64,000 bases of DNA from Vicugna vicugna (Eukaryota). Below are positions 1 to 12,894 of this stretch, one piece after another (position 1 is the stretch's first letter; every line of letters starts with the position of its first letter). The stretch lies in the NCBI GenBank assembly GCA_013265495.1, contig MU057887.1:383985-447984 (forward strand), written 5' to 3'. The notes under the pieces were generated by a model. It did not search any database and had not been told where the DNA came from. It was given only the letters and a program-made list of their open reading frames with translations. Position numbers and translations under genes: made by a program.

Positions 1-1077
1 TGAAAGTACATCTCAGGCATTAACACAGTGATCCTTGAGAGGGAAGACTGCAGTTGCCAATATACCCCTGAATATTATGTTTTTCTTCCAGGAGCTAAAC
101 TTCCATTCCATTGTCTTGCCCTGCCTTCCGCTGTATCCTCAGGCAGTGGCCTTCCAGGGCAAAGGATGGAATAAAGGTCTCCCCCTTTACTTCTTCTTGG
201 CCCTAAACAAGACCGATGGAGAGTCTGTCCTGGGTCTAGGACAGTCACAGGGGCACTGCAGCTTGTAGAAGGGATGTGGAATTTGAATTGAGTCTCCATC
301 TCAGCAGGATGCTTAGTGCTTATCTGAGGTTATCACGTTTTATGCACAGACTTGGAGAGCTTGTTCAAATAACTGGGGCCTGGGGCACGGGGTGCACACT
401 CGAGGGCCCAACTCAACAGTTCCTCCTTAAAACTGAAATCTTGTGACCTGAATTTTTTGAGCATCAGGATGGCTTTTCTTCCAGTCACTGTTCAGTGAAT
501 TTTTTGCAGTTACTTTCTCTTTAAAGGGGTCAGTGTTTGTTTCTAACAGTGACTTGGGAGACCCTTGTGGTGGGGGCACTAGAGTGAACGAAAGTGCTGC
601 TCGGCCCAACTCAGCAGGGCCCCGTGGTACTGGGGTGTCCGCGGTGTGGCTGTCCAGACAAAGTTTAAGTCGCTTATACTTGGCTTCAGGCTGATTTCTC
701 TTAACACTTTCCCTAGAAGTCTTTTATTTCCTTCATCTTCTTTGGCTGTTGCTCATGTTGATTACTCCTTGGCTGGTGCAGGTGCGGTCAGCGGAGTGTT
801 TGGGGGTGAAAGTGTTAGAAACCTGTCTGAGGTTTGCATTTTCCAGTGGGTGATCTGAGTATGTATGAGCGTTGACTTTTTCTGTGTATGTGCACTGAGT
901 ATAAACAGGGGCACTTTTTCATTCCAAGGCTTTCTACAAAACTCCAGTGCATGCCCCCCCCCACACACACACACAGTTAGACTGTGCTTTCAGTTTCTGT
1001 ATCAGCTTGCATGGAATTTATCACGTTTTCAAGCTATTAATTTGAACCTTCCTGAACGAGTGCTGTTTTTGTGAAAG

Positions 1078-1159
1078 GTGGAGATGAAGATGAGAACGAC
1101 GAGCCGCCCAAAGTTGTAGTCACTGAAGTGAAAGAAGAGGATGCTTTTTACTCCAAAAA
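1078..1159 (+). CDS. NUP50: NUP50 third-from-last coding exon (GDEDENDEPPKVVVTEVKEEDAFYSK), start of Ran-binding domain
   Basis: Acceptor gtgaaag|GT at 1077/1078 and donor AA|gtaagt at 1159/1160. The translation matches the recalled NUP50 C-terminal region, and the phase fits the next exon. Confidence 0.95.
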
Positions 1160-2622
1160 GTAAGTCACCATCTTGGGAGTCCACTTGACAGACGTGGAAG
1201 GAGGCTGTGGCGGCGTGTGCGGGTGGCGTCCCTGCGGAACTCATTGCACATTCCACCCTGGGGTCAGGCTGTGCTGCTCTTTGAACTGGAACAAGGAAGA
1301 ATTCTTGGCCTATTTATTTAAAAACAATCCAATTCCAGAAATTTTCTGCTGGGCGTATCCTACTCTTATCTGTTAATTTAGTTCTTTTCTGCTTTTAAAA
1401 TGCTTTAAAGACAGTCTTTTCTCTGGTCCTGCCCCGTCTCACTCATCCTCCTCTCTCCTCTCCTCCTCCCTTCTCTCCCCTCCTCCCCGACAGAGACAGT
1501 CACTGCTTTCAGGTTCAGTTTTCCTTCTGCTCTTAAATTAGGCAGCATCTCGGATTCCTTCCTGGAGACATGGCTGGCTTTCGTGGATTCTCTCACAGCC
1601 AGAAAGTCCTGCGTAGTAACCATCCCTCCCCCGAGTGATGAGAGCAGTTGGTTTTTTTGTTTTTTGTTTGTTCAGTGAGCTACTTTCAGAAGACAGCTGA
1701 AGGGAAGTTTTGAGTTAACCTCTCAGTGAAATGTAGTTAGTGGTTTTTAACCAAGATACTTACTTGAAAAACATTTGTGCCATTTTAGAAGCTTCCCTGG
1801 ATATGTTTTTCTAATACAGAAATTTCAGACTTAATAAGGCAGCTGTTTTCATAGTTTAAGTCACTGTACCCTGTGGGATTCCCAAGTGTTGTTTATTTGT
1901 GAGAGCTTTTAAGAGACCAACAATTCCTTTTACCTGTTTTAAAATTTAGTTACACAGGTGACCTGAAGGAGTGACCCTGAGTTAAGATCTTTTTCTAGTA
2001 AATCAAAGATGCAGGCAGTGGTTTTGATTTGTCTATTAAAAACCTAAGGCGCTATGTGATGTGTGAGGCTGGGAGGTGTTTGATTGCATTATCATTAGTT
2101 AGGCCTTGCTTGAGGGTGTTTTCCAGACTTATTTCAGCATCTTGGGACATCAGAAATTGGAGGGGTCCTGAAGAGAATTCAGAAATAAGAAACAGGAAAA
2201 GTGGAAAGAGGTGGGGGCGGGGGGCGGATAGCAGAGTGTCTGTCCTGTGTTTGCTCCTGTTCTTTAAGGACCAAGTCAGCTCTCAGGCTCAGGGCTGAAG
2301 GAGCACATCAGGAAGTGTGGGGTGCTTGGCCATGACTTTGATTGACTTTTGAGAAAAGATAGTTTCAGAAAGCATTGTTAGAGACTTGTCTGAGGCCCAG
2401 TGTGTAATAATGCAGAGAAACGTGGCGGGTCCTTGACCACCTCACCAGGTGCTCTACCTGGCTCGTGCCCAGACCTGACCTGTGTCGACAGAGGGCTCTT
2501 CTAGGCTTCCTCTGCTGCCGCGTTGTAGCGGACGTCCGCCACGTGTGAACGGGGCTGTTAGAAAGGTGCGCCTCCTGGTTCGTCGCTGAGTGTCTGATCC
2601 TACCTGTTGTTCTTCTCCATAG

Positions 2623-2741
2623 GTGTAAGCTGTTTTACAAGAAAGACAATGAGTTTAAAGAGAAGGGTGTAGGCACCCTGCATTTAAAGCCTACAGCAAA
2701 TCAGAAGACACAGCTTTTAGTGCGGGCAGACACCAACTTAG
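2623..2741 (+). CDS. NUP50: NUP50 penultimate exon ([39 protein letters not shown])
   Basis: Acceptor ttcttctccatag|G and donor G|gtgggt. RanBD (RanBP1-like) motif KLF...[11 protein letters not shown]; 119 nt, phases compatible. Confidence 0.96.
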
Positions 2742-3739
2742 GTGGGTACCTTGTTTTCAAGTGGCACAAAATAACCATGATCTATGATGTGTGTAAAAGC
2801 CCTTGGCCTTGCTGATTTTACTCAGGATTTTCAGTTGTTGGGGTTTTTTTGGAACGGAATAGAGATGGTTCAGATTCATCCTATATTTACTGATTATTAT
2901 AGAGTTAGTTTGGATACTGGGGTAACAGTGTGTGAGAAAACCTGGATGTGCTGTGAGTTATTGCCTAGAAGTAACCAAAATGGTTTTCATTTCCTTTGTA
3001 TTAGAAATGTGACTAAGAAGCTGTAGGTAAACTAGATGGTTTAATAAACTCTCAAGGGGAATTAATCATTTAGAAGAATTCTTTTTATGTAGCAAATGAT
3101 CACTAACTCAGTGCTATCCACCCTTCACCCCACCCTCCAGGTTCGCCCTTCAAGCAGTCCTGAAAGGCGGGGGTGGTGCCGGCGGTGGGGGTCTGGAAGT
3201 GGGGTTGGTAGTGGCAGATTACACCAGCCTGTGTCACAGAGAGAAACTTATGTGATGCTGTTTTCTTTCCTGTGGGCTTGACCAATTTGTGATACTGTCA
3301 CAGTAGTGTCATTCTTACCCCGCGAGTCGCGCTGGCCTCTGTGACAGACATTTTTCTGCTGACCTTCCTTTCTTTGTTCCAGTGACAAAGTGAGGACTGC
3401 ACGTCGGGCCAGCATGTTTTTCCTTCAGTGCAGGAGAGCACAGGGTGTTCTCAAGGGCTGCTGGCGTCGTTGCAGGAGACAGGCGGGGGAGGGTAGAAGG
3501 CAGCTCCTCAGGCAGGCTAATCCAGGTCTTGCAGGAAGGCCGCACGCTCCGCTCGGGGGCGCCATGCTGGCATCTGTCAGAACCATGCCCGTTTTTATGA
3601 CTTTCCTGTGGCTCCTAATTTTAGATCCCATGAGTATAAGTTGCTTCAGTATTTAATGGGTAACCTATTAAAGCTGTAGTTTCCTGAAGCTAAAGTTTGT
3701 ATGATTTTGATGTATTTTTTTTCTTTTGTTGAAATGCAG

Positions 3740-3942
3740 GCAACATTTTGCTCAATGTCCTGATTCCACCCAACATGCCGTGTACCCGCACAGGGAAGAA
3801 CAATGTGCTCATTGTCTGTGTTCCAAATCCACCCGTTGATGAGAAGAATGCCGCCGTCCCGGTTGCCATGTTAATTCGGGTAAAAACAAGTGAAGATGCA
3901 GATGAGTTGCACAACATTTTACTGGGGAAAAAGGATGCCTGA
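3740..3942 (+). CDS. NUP50: NUP50 last coding exon (GNILLNVLIPPNMPCTRTGKNNVLIVCVPNPP...ILLGKKDA*)
   Basis: Acceptor gaaatgcag|GC. Overlaps ORF 3748..3942 and ends at TGA 3940-3942; matches the recalled NUP50 C-terminus. Confidence 0.96.
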
Positions 3943-4080
3943 ACACACTCCGACTGAGGAGTTGTTGCCAAGTCGCTGCTTCCCCCACCACCCCTTAAAC
4001 TTACTCAGTTTTCTTCTCTTCTTTGACTTTCTAGAACTTAGAGATAACTTAAAACTTCTGTGAGGAAGATTAATATGGCC

Positions 4081-4086
4081 AATAAA
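4081..4086 (+). terminator. NUP50 proximal polyadenylation signal AATAAA
   Basis: Canonical hexamer about 140 nt after the stop codon. Confidence 0.55.
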
Positions 4087-7000
4087 ACCTTTAATGTTAA
4101 GTGTCAAGAAACTGTATTCTCCCTTCTTAAGAACTGTCTAATGTGTAAAACATATTTGAAAGAAAATTTTTGGAAGATTTTTAAGGTTCATTTATTAAAC
4201 TAACCACAAGTGATTTCTTCATGGACTGAAATCAGGGTATTGATTAGATTCTCCCAAAGGCTCTTCCGATCCAGGGGTTTGGTGCCTGTGCCATTGCCGA
4301 TGAGGCCTGTCACCGAGGTGTGTCCAGAAGTCAGCGCGCCATCTTTCTGTGGGGCCTGGCCCGGCTGCGTGAGGACGGCGCTCCACGGGAACCAGGCCAC
4401 CGTGCTGTGGCCGACGTTTCTCCTTTGCTTTATCTTACCGTGTTTTACAGCTGAATGTTCGCCTTCAGCATAGGAATCCTCAGCTTTTTCTGTGCAGACA
4501 CTGACCTTTATAACCTCCTGGGCTGCTTTACTGTGATTCTGGAACTGCTTTTTCATTTTAAAAGGAAATGAGTAGCTTGATCTTTGGTTTCATAAGTGAG
4601 TTCATGAGGTGCTCTTACTTCTGTATCCCCCTAGAGACAGATGGTGTGGGGGGGTTGCCAGGAATGAGGTTTAAAAAGCACAAATTTGTAGCTTACAGTT
4701 TGTAGGTCATGGACAGTAAACCCTTGTAAAAGAGTTAAACCATACAACAAAAGGAGAGAATGTGCTGTTAGTTATTTATGCCATGCTAAACCCTGTGGAT
4801 CTAAAAACCTACTTAGTAAAGTCATAGGAGCTTTTATTACACATGAGCCATGTGAACTAACCAGGAAACTCGCAATAAGGTAATGGAAGAGAAAATTATG
4901 TGTGTAAGTGTTGCCTTTAACTGTTAGACAGCAGTGTATTCTACATTTGATACCTGAAATTGCCATTTACTTTTTTAAGAATAAGGTCTTCTCTCTGTCC
5001 ATTTGGAAGAGTGCTGTGGTTGTACACGAGTGCCCGGGCCACCTCCCCGCCGCCATTCGGTACCCAGCACTAGCGTTGATGACTCTGGGCACATGAACTG
5101 GATGTAAATTTTAGTGTTCTAAATATCCGCTTTCTTTCCTCATGAATCATTTAAGGCTGGTACCAGATAATCTTGTTTAAAGGCTCAGGGTCTGTGCCTG
5201 AGGGCTCACGCTTGTGTATTCTGATCGTCAGTACATAATGTCTTTTGACTCAGAATAGTCAAAGTAATTGTAGATAGTAGGTTACTTAAAAGAACTGCAA
5301 TTTTTAGATGTAAAAGGGCAGGGAAACCATTTTATGATCGAATAATGTTACTCATAAATACTTGAGGTAAGGTGGCTGGGCCAGCGTTTGTCACGAGATG
5401 CTGCTGCTGCTGCTCTGATTCCAGTGGGAGAATTTGGCCCACGGTGCGACTCTGGGGAGAGACACGCAGAGGTTTGCATGTGCGTGGTGAGAGGTGGTCA
5501 GAGCGGGCTGTGTTGTGAGGCCTAGGGAGGACGTGGCAGCTGTTGTTGCTTTTACTTTTTAGAAGTGAGAATGTTCCTGAGTTTTTATTGGAGATGATTC
5601 CTAGTGAACAAGTGGTTGATGCTGTTAATGTAGTAGTGGCCCTGCCCTGCTCACCTGAGGTTTATGCAGGCGTTGGAAGGATGAGGAAGTAAGGGGAACA
5701 AACTTAGCCACTTGGCTTAGCCAGCCACCTGTGCTCCTGGCCCCGCCAGTCAGCAGGTGAGGCTCACAGGCGTCTTTAGGAACTCCGGGGTTAGCCTTTG
5801 CCTTGGCACGTAATGTGAATGTTCACCGAAAATGGCATGAACCACTCATGATTGGATTATTGGATGACCTCTTAACACCGTCCCCACCCCACCATAAAAA
5901 CAGGTGTGTGTTTTTAATTAGTGAATATGTGTGGCGTCCTTTTGTCCTAACATTCCCAGCAAATTCGTGCTGCTAAGACTGTTCTGTTAAACTGAAAATT
6001 ACAGGGGAGAATGGTGTGTGTACCGTAAGTCAAAGTATTTTCCTAAAATCACTCTTACGCTTTAGGATCTTTTTGGTCTCCACTTTAATCATGTATTTGT
6101 ATAAAAGAGCCCAAGTGTATATGGATTTCACTGAAAAAACCTAAATCCATGTGTGTTACTGGGGGAGGGGAGTCTGGCCCCTGGAGGGCCCCTCTTCACC
6201 CCCACTGTGTAACAGCTCACGTCTGCCCTGTGGGTTTAGTTAGGTTTATTTTTAACAAATTATTAGAAATTAGGCTTTAAAAGTGTTTAATGTTGACTGA
6301 AATTTTTATCTTTAGTTGGGAATCTCAAGAGTTTCGTAAATGTGGCCTAAAGGTGTATATACCTAAAGGTCTAAGGCAGGCTGTGCTGTAGCCTGACAAA
6401 TACCGAGTGTCCCAGTGGCCTTTTCTTATCTGATGCGTGTTCCTCTCCTTCTGAGCATTCCTGTCAAGCAAAAAACTGAGTGTTATGCTGTCTCCATTAT
6501 TAGAATTACAGGCTGGAAATACGTATCATTTTTAGATTGTTTTCCATGGAAAGACAGGTCTGACTCTTTACGGACTGGTTTTCTTTAAAAGGATTGTTTT
6601 ACAATTTCAGTTCTAAATCATATTTTTGATATGCTACATGCCAAAAATATCTACCTATTCTAGGGTAGACAAAAAAAACTAATACTCTACTGCTAGAGTT
6701 CAAAACAAGTTTTCACTGAAAAAGCCTTTTTGGTTTAGTTTTAAAGGTATACAGGTTGCTTGTTTCTTAGCATTTGAGTTATTCCTATGTTTTAGAACAA
6801 TCCAAATGTAAGCGCAGTGCATTTGAAGACTTTCCAGATTTGCAAATTAAATGGCTTACTCCCAAACCCCTAGGATTCATCCTCACTCTGGAAGTGAGGA
6901 TTTTAAGTAGAAACTGATTTGTCCTCTAGTACCAGTAGGTGACAGTGAGGAGGGGGCCCAGGAGAACTTTCTTCCAGGCACACCTGAGCACGAGGCCGCT

Positions 7001-7228
7001 CGCTTGTCCGTGGCAATCATGGTGCGGGCTGGACTCCCCGTCTGATGCAGATGCAGTGGTATTAGAGAGGTGAAACTTCTTCACAATCAAATGGATGAAT
7101 TGTTTGCTATTTTAAATAGGAAATTGTTTTCTAAAACTAAAATACTTGAATCGTCAGACAATGTAATCTCAGTTTGTATTGGTTTTTGAATGATCCCATT
7201 GAGGAAGTGTAACAATCCAGGAAATGTG

Positions 7229-7234
7229 AATAAA
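7229..7234 (+). terminator. NUP50 distal polyadenylation signal AATAAA
   Basis: Canonical hexamer with upstream TGTA motifs and a downstream GT/T-rich element; composition shifts to GC-rich afterwards. Confidence 0.7.
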
Positions 7235-7969
7235 TGGAAAGAAAACAGAATCACAGTGTTTGACACTTTTTATGTCCCTCTGTGCTGCGCGTGGCATTAG
7301 TACAAGTCAAGCCGGCTGGAGGGGAGGAAGTGGCAGCAGCAGGGCCCAGAGGCCTCCGGGCCAGCAGGAAGGAATGCTGGGCAGTGAGACCAGCCCCAGA
7401 CCATTCAAGAGTTCGTTGAGACCGTGTTTTTGCAGATTAGAATGGGAGTAACAGGCCTCTCACTGGCTGTTTTGCTCTAAGCTCGTTATGGTGGCCTCCA
7501 GGGTGGGTTTTCCAAAGAAACTGGAGTCCAGGCAGGTGAGGCGTCTTGCAGACAAGTAAATGGAGTTGGGATCTGTGTCCAGGAGAACTTTTTAAAACTA
7601 AGGATCAAAATGATGAAGAAAAAATATATTTCGAGTTCATGTAACGTAAGTTTTTGGTGATTTGGAAAATGACTGTTGAGGCATTCGTTAACAGATTAAA
7701 TCGTAGCATAATTGTGATAGTATTTTAGTGTCAGGCTCATATTTTTAAAATGTTCCTGAGTAATTCAGCACTTAGCTGATTTATAAGAGGTGTCTCCTGG
7801 TAAAGACATTTTTATAAAGACTAAGTTATCCATCAAAATATTTTTCTTGAACTGATAATATTTAATGGAAACTACTGAAGACACTAAGAGGGTAGGTACT
7901 ATCCAAGGAGAAAAATGCATCTCAGACACACAGCCCTGCTCTGGGCACTCAGCTGAATGGTTGGGCTGG

Positions 7970-8280
7970 CACGGTGGCTCTGCAGTGTGGGCCTGGGAGC
8001 AGTGACAACACCCAGGGGCTTGTTGGAAATACAAACTCTGGGCCCCACCCTACAACCTACTGAATCAGAACTTCAGCAGCAGTCTGGGCACGTGTTTTGT
8101 TTTTTGTGATACAATTCACATACTGCAAAATTTACCCTTTTAACGTGAACAGTACAGTTCCGCTGTTTTTAATACATTGAGAGTTGTGCACCATCACCGC
8201 TAATTCCAGAACATTTCGATGCCAGCCATCTGGGTTTTAACAGGTGTTTTGGACACGTGTCAAATTTGTGAACCACTGGG
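7970..8280. mobile_element. MER5A-like hAT-Charlie element interrupted by a short antisense L1 3'-end fragment (~8092-8225)
   Basis: MER5A hallmarks gggccccaccc...cctactgaatcagaa and terminal gaaccactg; inserted T-rich L1 tail (gatacaattcacatac...aaaatttaccctttt). Confidence 0.65.
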
Positions 8281-8599
8281 CTACATCTATATCCCCTCGT
8301 GACTTTTGTTTAAAGATGAAAGGCCGCTTTGGCATGTTTCGGAGGGGAAACAGCAGTGACGGCCACAGTGGCCAGGAGCAATGCCAGCCTTGGTACTTGT
8401 CTCCCTCTGACCTGCTGCTGCTGGGAAGGCAGGTGGTGATTCTGCTTTACGACTCAGAAACCCCTAAGGAGGTGCAGCTTGCAGAGGGGCCAGATCCCTG
8501 TGGGTGCCGTCCAGGTTGCCACTTAAAGGTATGTATGTGCCCGTTAAAGCACTAAGCTTCTGGTTTCCGAAATGGGCTAAAATCTTTTGAACAAAATTG

Positions 8600-8673
8600 T
8601 TTATTCAAAATACAATCACTGAAGTTCACTAGAAACCATGGTATTTCAAATTGAGCAACCTAACCGTTTTATT
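8600..8673 (-). terminator. Candidate KIAA0930 distal poly(A) signals (AATAAA on - strand at 8600-8605 and 8668-8673)
   Basis: Two TTTATT hexamers on + at the end of a repeat-poor tract. Other TTTATT sites at 9416 and 9696 are alternatives. Confidence 0.5.
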
Positions 8674-11600
8674 AAAGTCGGATTCCAAGATGAAGACCTC
8701 AGTCCACAAGTAAGAAAGAAGGATCTCGTTAAACAGGGCTGGCTTCTGCGGAAGCCACGTCAGGAGGGAATGTAATGAAGCTGTAAGCAAAAGGAAAGAC
8801 ACCTGTTGTCTGATTATCCCCAAACAAATGTTTTCCGTTCCTCATAGAAGTTTTCCAGCTGTCCTGTCATGTTAACAATCAAGCACAAAGCACAGCAGGT
8901 TTACACATTCAACATGTATATGTACAATGAACCGCGTTACCGTGCAGATTAAGTCATTTCACATTTACCCTCCTCCCGGTATACAATTCCCAAGGTTCTC
9001 CCTTCCAGTCCACTTTTCCGTAAGCTGGGCCATGACAGTGGTTCCTAAAAGTGTCTAGGTTGGGATAAAGGAAGTGAAACAGCAGTACAGCCTTGGAGAG
9101 CAGGCGTTTAATAGGAACGCAGTTTACTGCAGGCAGCTTCTGGGGCAGAGACTCTGTCTTACAACAACCTCCTAATTAGTTAACAGCAAGGGGTCGGGGT
9201 GACTTGGATGACGAGGAAACCATCTTTTTTACCTGCTAAACTGCCTCCTTCCTGACCACCTTGTACAGGCTGCCCTCGGCGATGCCGTGGTTCAGAGAAC
9301 TCTCCCGGCTCTGGTGTTTCTAACGCAATGACTGTTTCTGAGAGATGTCACTTGATGAGATGACCCTTACTGTATTTCCAGATGTCTGTATGTGTTCCTC
9401 CCAGAGCCCCCCCTTTTTATTGTTATTTTCTTTAACTTTCTACAGTATCTTAGGCCTGCCTTGTGCCCATCACCTTATGAGTCCATCTGACCACGGAAAG
9501 CAGCAGCCCGCGGCCTGAGCGGTGCTTCCGGCTACGGCGAACCTGTGACAGCCCCGCAGAGGCCGTCTGAGTGGCGTGTGAGCATTGTCAACCTGATGAA
9601 CTACAGAGTTGGGAGGCAACCAAGAGCCACTGTCCAAAACCCATCTTCCCGAAGACCAGGTAGCCTGCTGGGACCTGCCGAAACTTGGGACTCCTTTTAT
9701 TCTAGTCATTTCTCCACTTTTGTGAGGGCTTAAGAGGTTCTCTAGCAAAAGCTTGGGACATTTTACAGTGCAACTGACGGGGTACGTCCTCCTCTACGGG
9801 GGCCGAGAGCTGGACCCGAAACGCTTCTCTGATTTAATTTTGCAGATGCAGCATCTGGCCTAATTGCAACTGCTTGCCTCCAGGCCCCCTTGCTGACTCC
9901 CAGACCTGCCAAAGCCAGGGTGTAGGGTGGCTTCTGTCTTTTGATAAAGTAACTTGGATAGAGCTCCAAAAAAAGCTTAAGAAATGGAGGGAAATTAAGG
10001 TTCAGTCAGTAAGTTAACACATTGCTATAATATCTACACAGTGTTTCATCTGAAACACGCATTAGAGAAAAAAATGACCAGGTGCAGATTCATTAGAGAA
10101 GAAAAATAAATAATACCCAACATGCAAATCAACTTTCAAAAGAAATGCAAAGGCATAACCACAGCTGGCAGCCACCCACAGACACTGCCTAGGAGCTAGT
10201 CTACTGCACGTGGAGGTGGCTGATCAGAAGCTGCTGACAGTGCCCATGGAAACAGCACTGACAGTGCATCCTTACACAGACAGCGTATGTTGTCATGGTG
10301 TTTGTCCTAAAATATACTTTGTAGAAATCATTGCAGTTAAGCCTCAAAGTAGTGAAAAATCTCAACAGGTCTGCTTTGCAGGTTTACATATTCTCGTACA
10401 GGGAACTCATTTGGAAACCATAAAAGATTACTATTTACACCTAAATCACCCAACCTTCTAGGAAGTGGGAAACAAAAGACCGGATACTCCCAGCGGCTCA
10501 GCAGAGCCGGGGCGTCGCCGTCAGGCTTGATCTGAGCTCCAGCGTCCGCCCTGGGAAGAGGAGAAAACTGTAAACACGCACACTTTCCTTGCGGCCTCCT
10601 CCACTCCTGAGGCTCCACCCGCTCCGGACCCCCTAGCCCAACCCAGGCCGCTGGGCGTTCAAGTGACCTGGCTTCTGCGTGGTCTCAGGAGCTCCCCAGG
10701 GCCGTCTGTTCCAGGGCTCATAAGAAGGGCTGCAGGAGGCCTTTTCCACTGAAGGCCACGTCAGTGCCAGGTCAGCCAGTGAAAAGGGACAAAGGAAAGA
10801 GGCCCCAGCGCCCGTCACCCATCCCCCGACTCCCGGAGGGACGGGGTGGGACTCTGGCCGCCTGGCCCGGAGCAGTGCTGCTGGAGGGGTCCAAAGGCTC
10901 CCTCCACTCGGGCTCCAGGGCCAGGTGTCGGCTGGCCCTTACATTCTTCTGAGAGTCTGCGTCCTTTCGGGGGGTTACCTCCTTAAAGAGAAGCAATTCT
11001 GCACTCTGATACAACATAATTCAAAAGATACTTGGTTTTTGAAACTGGATATGAAACTAAATTTCAGCTAAATTGGAAAACTGAACAGAATATATGTACA
11101 TCAGAGTGAAACCTATTAATAAGGCTCATTAAGAAGTTGACTTTTATATGTAAATCTTAGAAGAATTTTGGCCAGCAATTTAAAACCACCATAGGATGAT
11201 AATGTCAAATACATTTTTCAAAAGTTAGAATATACTAACTGCACAGGGACTTCCCTGTGGAATGTCTTTAAATGGAAAAAAAAAGTTTCACATCATTCTT
11301 CAAAGGAGTCTACTGACTAGTTTGTCTGTGATAAACAGCAAAATAGATCGTGGTTTGATTCTAGCTAGATTCTTTTTGGGGGCGAGGGGCCACATCAGGA
11401 ACGGGCCTTTCTGGCATTACCATCATCATCCACGTGGAGAGAAGCCTAATTGAGTCCTGATGATTTGTTCACAGTCCTTGAAAAGCCCAGATGTTAGCAA
11501 GGCTCTGACGTGTCAGAAAACCCACCGTCTCCAAGCTGACAGGCTATAGAATATTTTGCTTTTTCTTCTCTTTGGACTACTTCTCTCTTACTTACGTTTT

Positions 11601-12838
11601 ATATATTCTTCTTTTGCACTAACAAGCCTCACCTGCTTTCAGGGCTACTGAAAGTTCCGTAAGACACCGGAAGTGAGACTAAACACTGCCCAGCCTTCAG
11701 GTGCTGAAGGCGACGGCGCGCTCCCTGTCGTGACACTTCTCTAGAAGGTAACTTTCTGACTAATGTCCTAAAAACCTCAGAGGTTACAGTTTCAGAGGAA
11801 AACTGCACCTTAATTCTACTCCCATTTTAAGAGATGTTCACACGCTTCGGCCACCCCCGCGTTATCCAGAAGACAGGCACGTTCTCAGAACACGGAAGCT
11901 GGCCTGACGTAAGGAGTACCAGCACCCGGCCACCCGGGGATGCTGGGGCCCTGGTTCGGCCCCGCCACTTGTTGCGCCGCTACGTTGTTTCTGATGTCAT
12001 CTGTGGCTTTGGGAAAAGCAAGCTCAGAGTCACAGCTTACTGCCGAGTTACCAGGCGCCTCTAAGCATGTTTCAAATTCAGCGTCAGAAGAACCCTTTGG
12101 AGGATTTACCCGAGAAAGGTCGACTGCACGGCACGCTCACGCATCTGTCCTGGGGCAGCACAGTGTCCTCCGTGGCCACGGGGGCCGGCCGGGTGCCTGG
12201 GTGGGGCTCCTGCCCCCTGCTCGCTGTTCAGTCCCAGGCAGTTCCCCCAACCCCTCTGTGGCTGTGTCCTCCTCGGTAAGGGGATAATGACAGTTCCTAA
12301 ATGTTTAGCACGGTGCCTGTAAATGCTCGGTGCCACCTAGTGCTGGATATAAAACAGCCACACCACCGTGTGTGTGTGTCCACACGCATCACAGATGACG
12401 TGTGATCGCTAAACCACCACAGGCACGCACTTCTAAGATCGGTCAGCACTCTCACGCGTTAGGCAACTGGCCCTCAGCTCCCCTGCGAGGTGGGCAGAAC
12501 TTGGGTTTGCCTTTTACAGACGAGAAGCCCGGCCCACCCAGGGCCCCTAGGAGCGGCGGCGGCTGCTTTCTGGGTCCAGCGGGAGGACCGGGCTCGGCTC
12601 CTCACTCTGGAGAGCAGGGAGGGCTGCCGCACTTCCGCGTGTGTTAGGCGACCTCCTCCTTCCACAGAAGGGCCCCTGGGGCTGCAATTCTCCCAGAACT
12701 GATCTCCAGCCTTCAACTCCACATGACAGGGAAGAAAGCCTGAAGAAAAGGCTGTAATTCAGCCCCTACCTCGTAGGGGCAGCGTTGGGCACCCCCAGCA
12801 AATACTCAGAGGGCATCGTGGAACACTGGGCCGGGCTC

Positions 12839-12894
12839 GGCTCCCGGCTCCCGGCTCCCGGCTCCCGGCTCCCGGCTCCCGGTTCCTGGCTCCG
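12839..12894. repeat. 7-bp tandem repeat (GGCTCCC)6 plus 2 degenerate units
   Basis: Read directly: perfect units 12839-12880, then GGTTCCT and GGCTCCG. Confidence 0.95.

Larger units (their letters stand above)
3943..7255 (+). other. NUP50: NUP50 3' UTR (long form; 3' end approximate)
   Basis: AT-rich, repeat-poor sequence after the stop codon, ending at AATAAA 7229-7234 followed by a GT/T-rich downstream element (cagtgtttgacactttttatgt). Confidence 0.7.
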
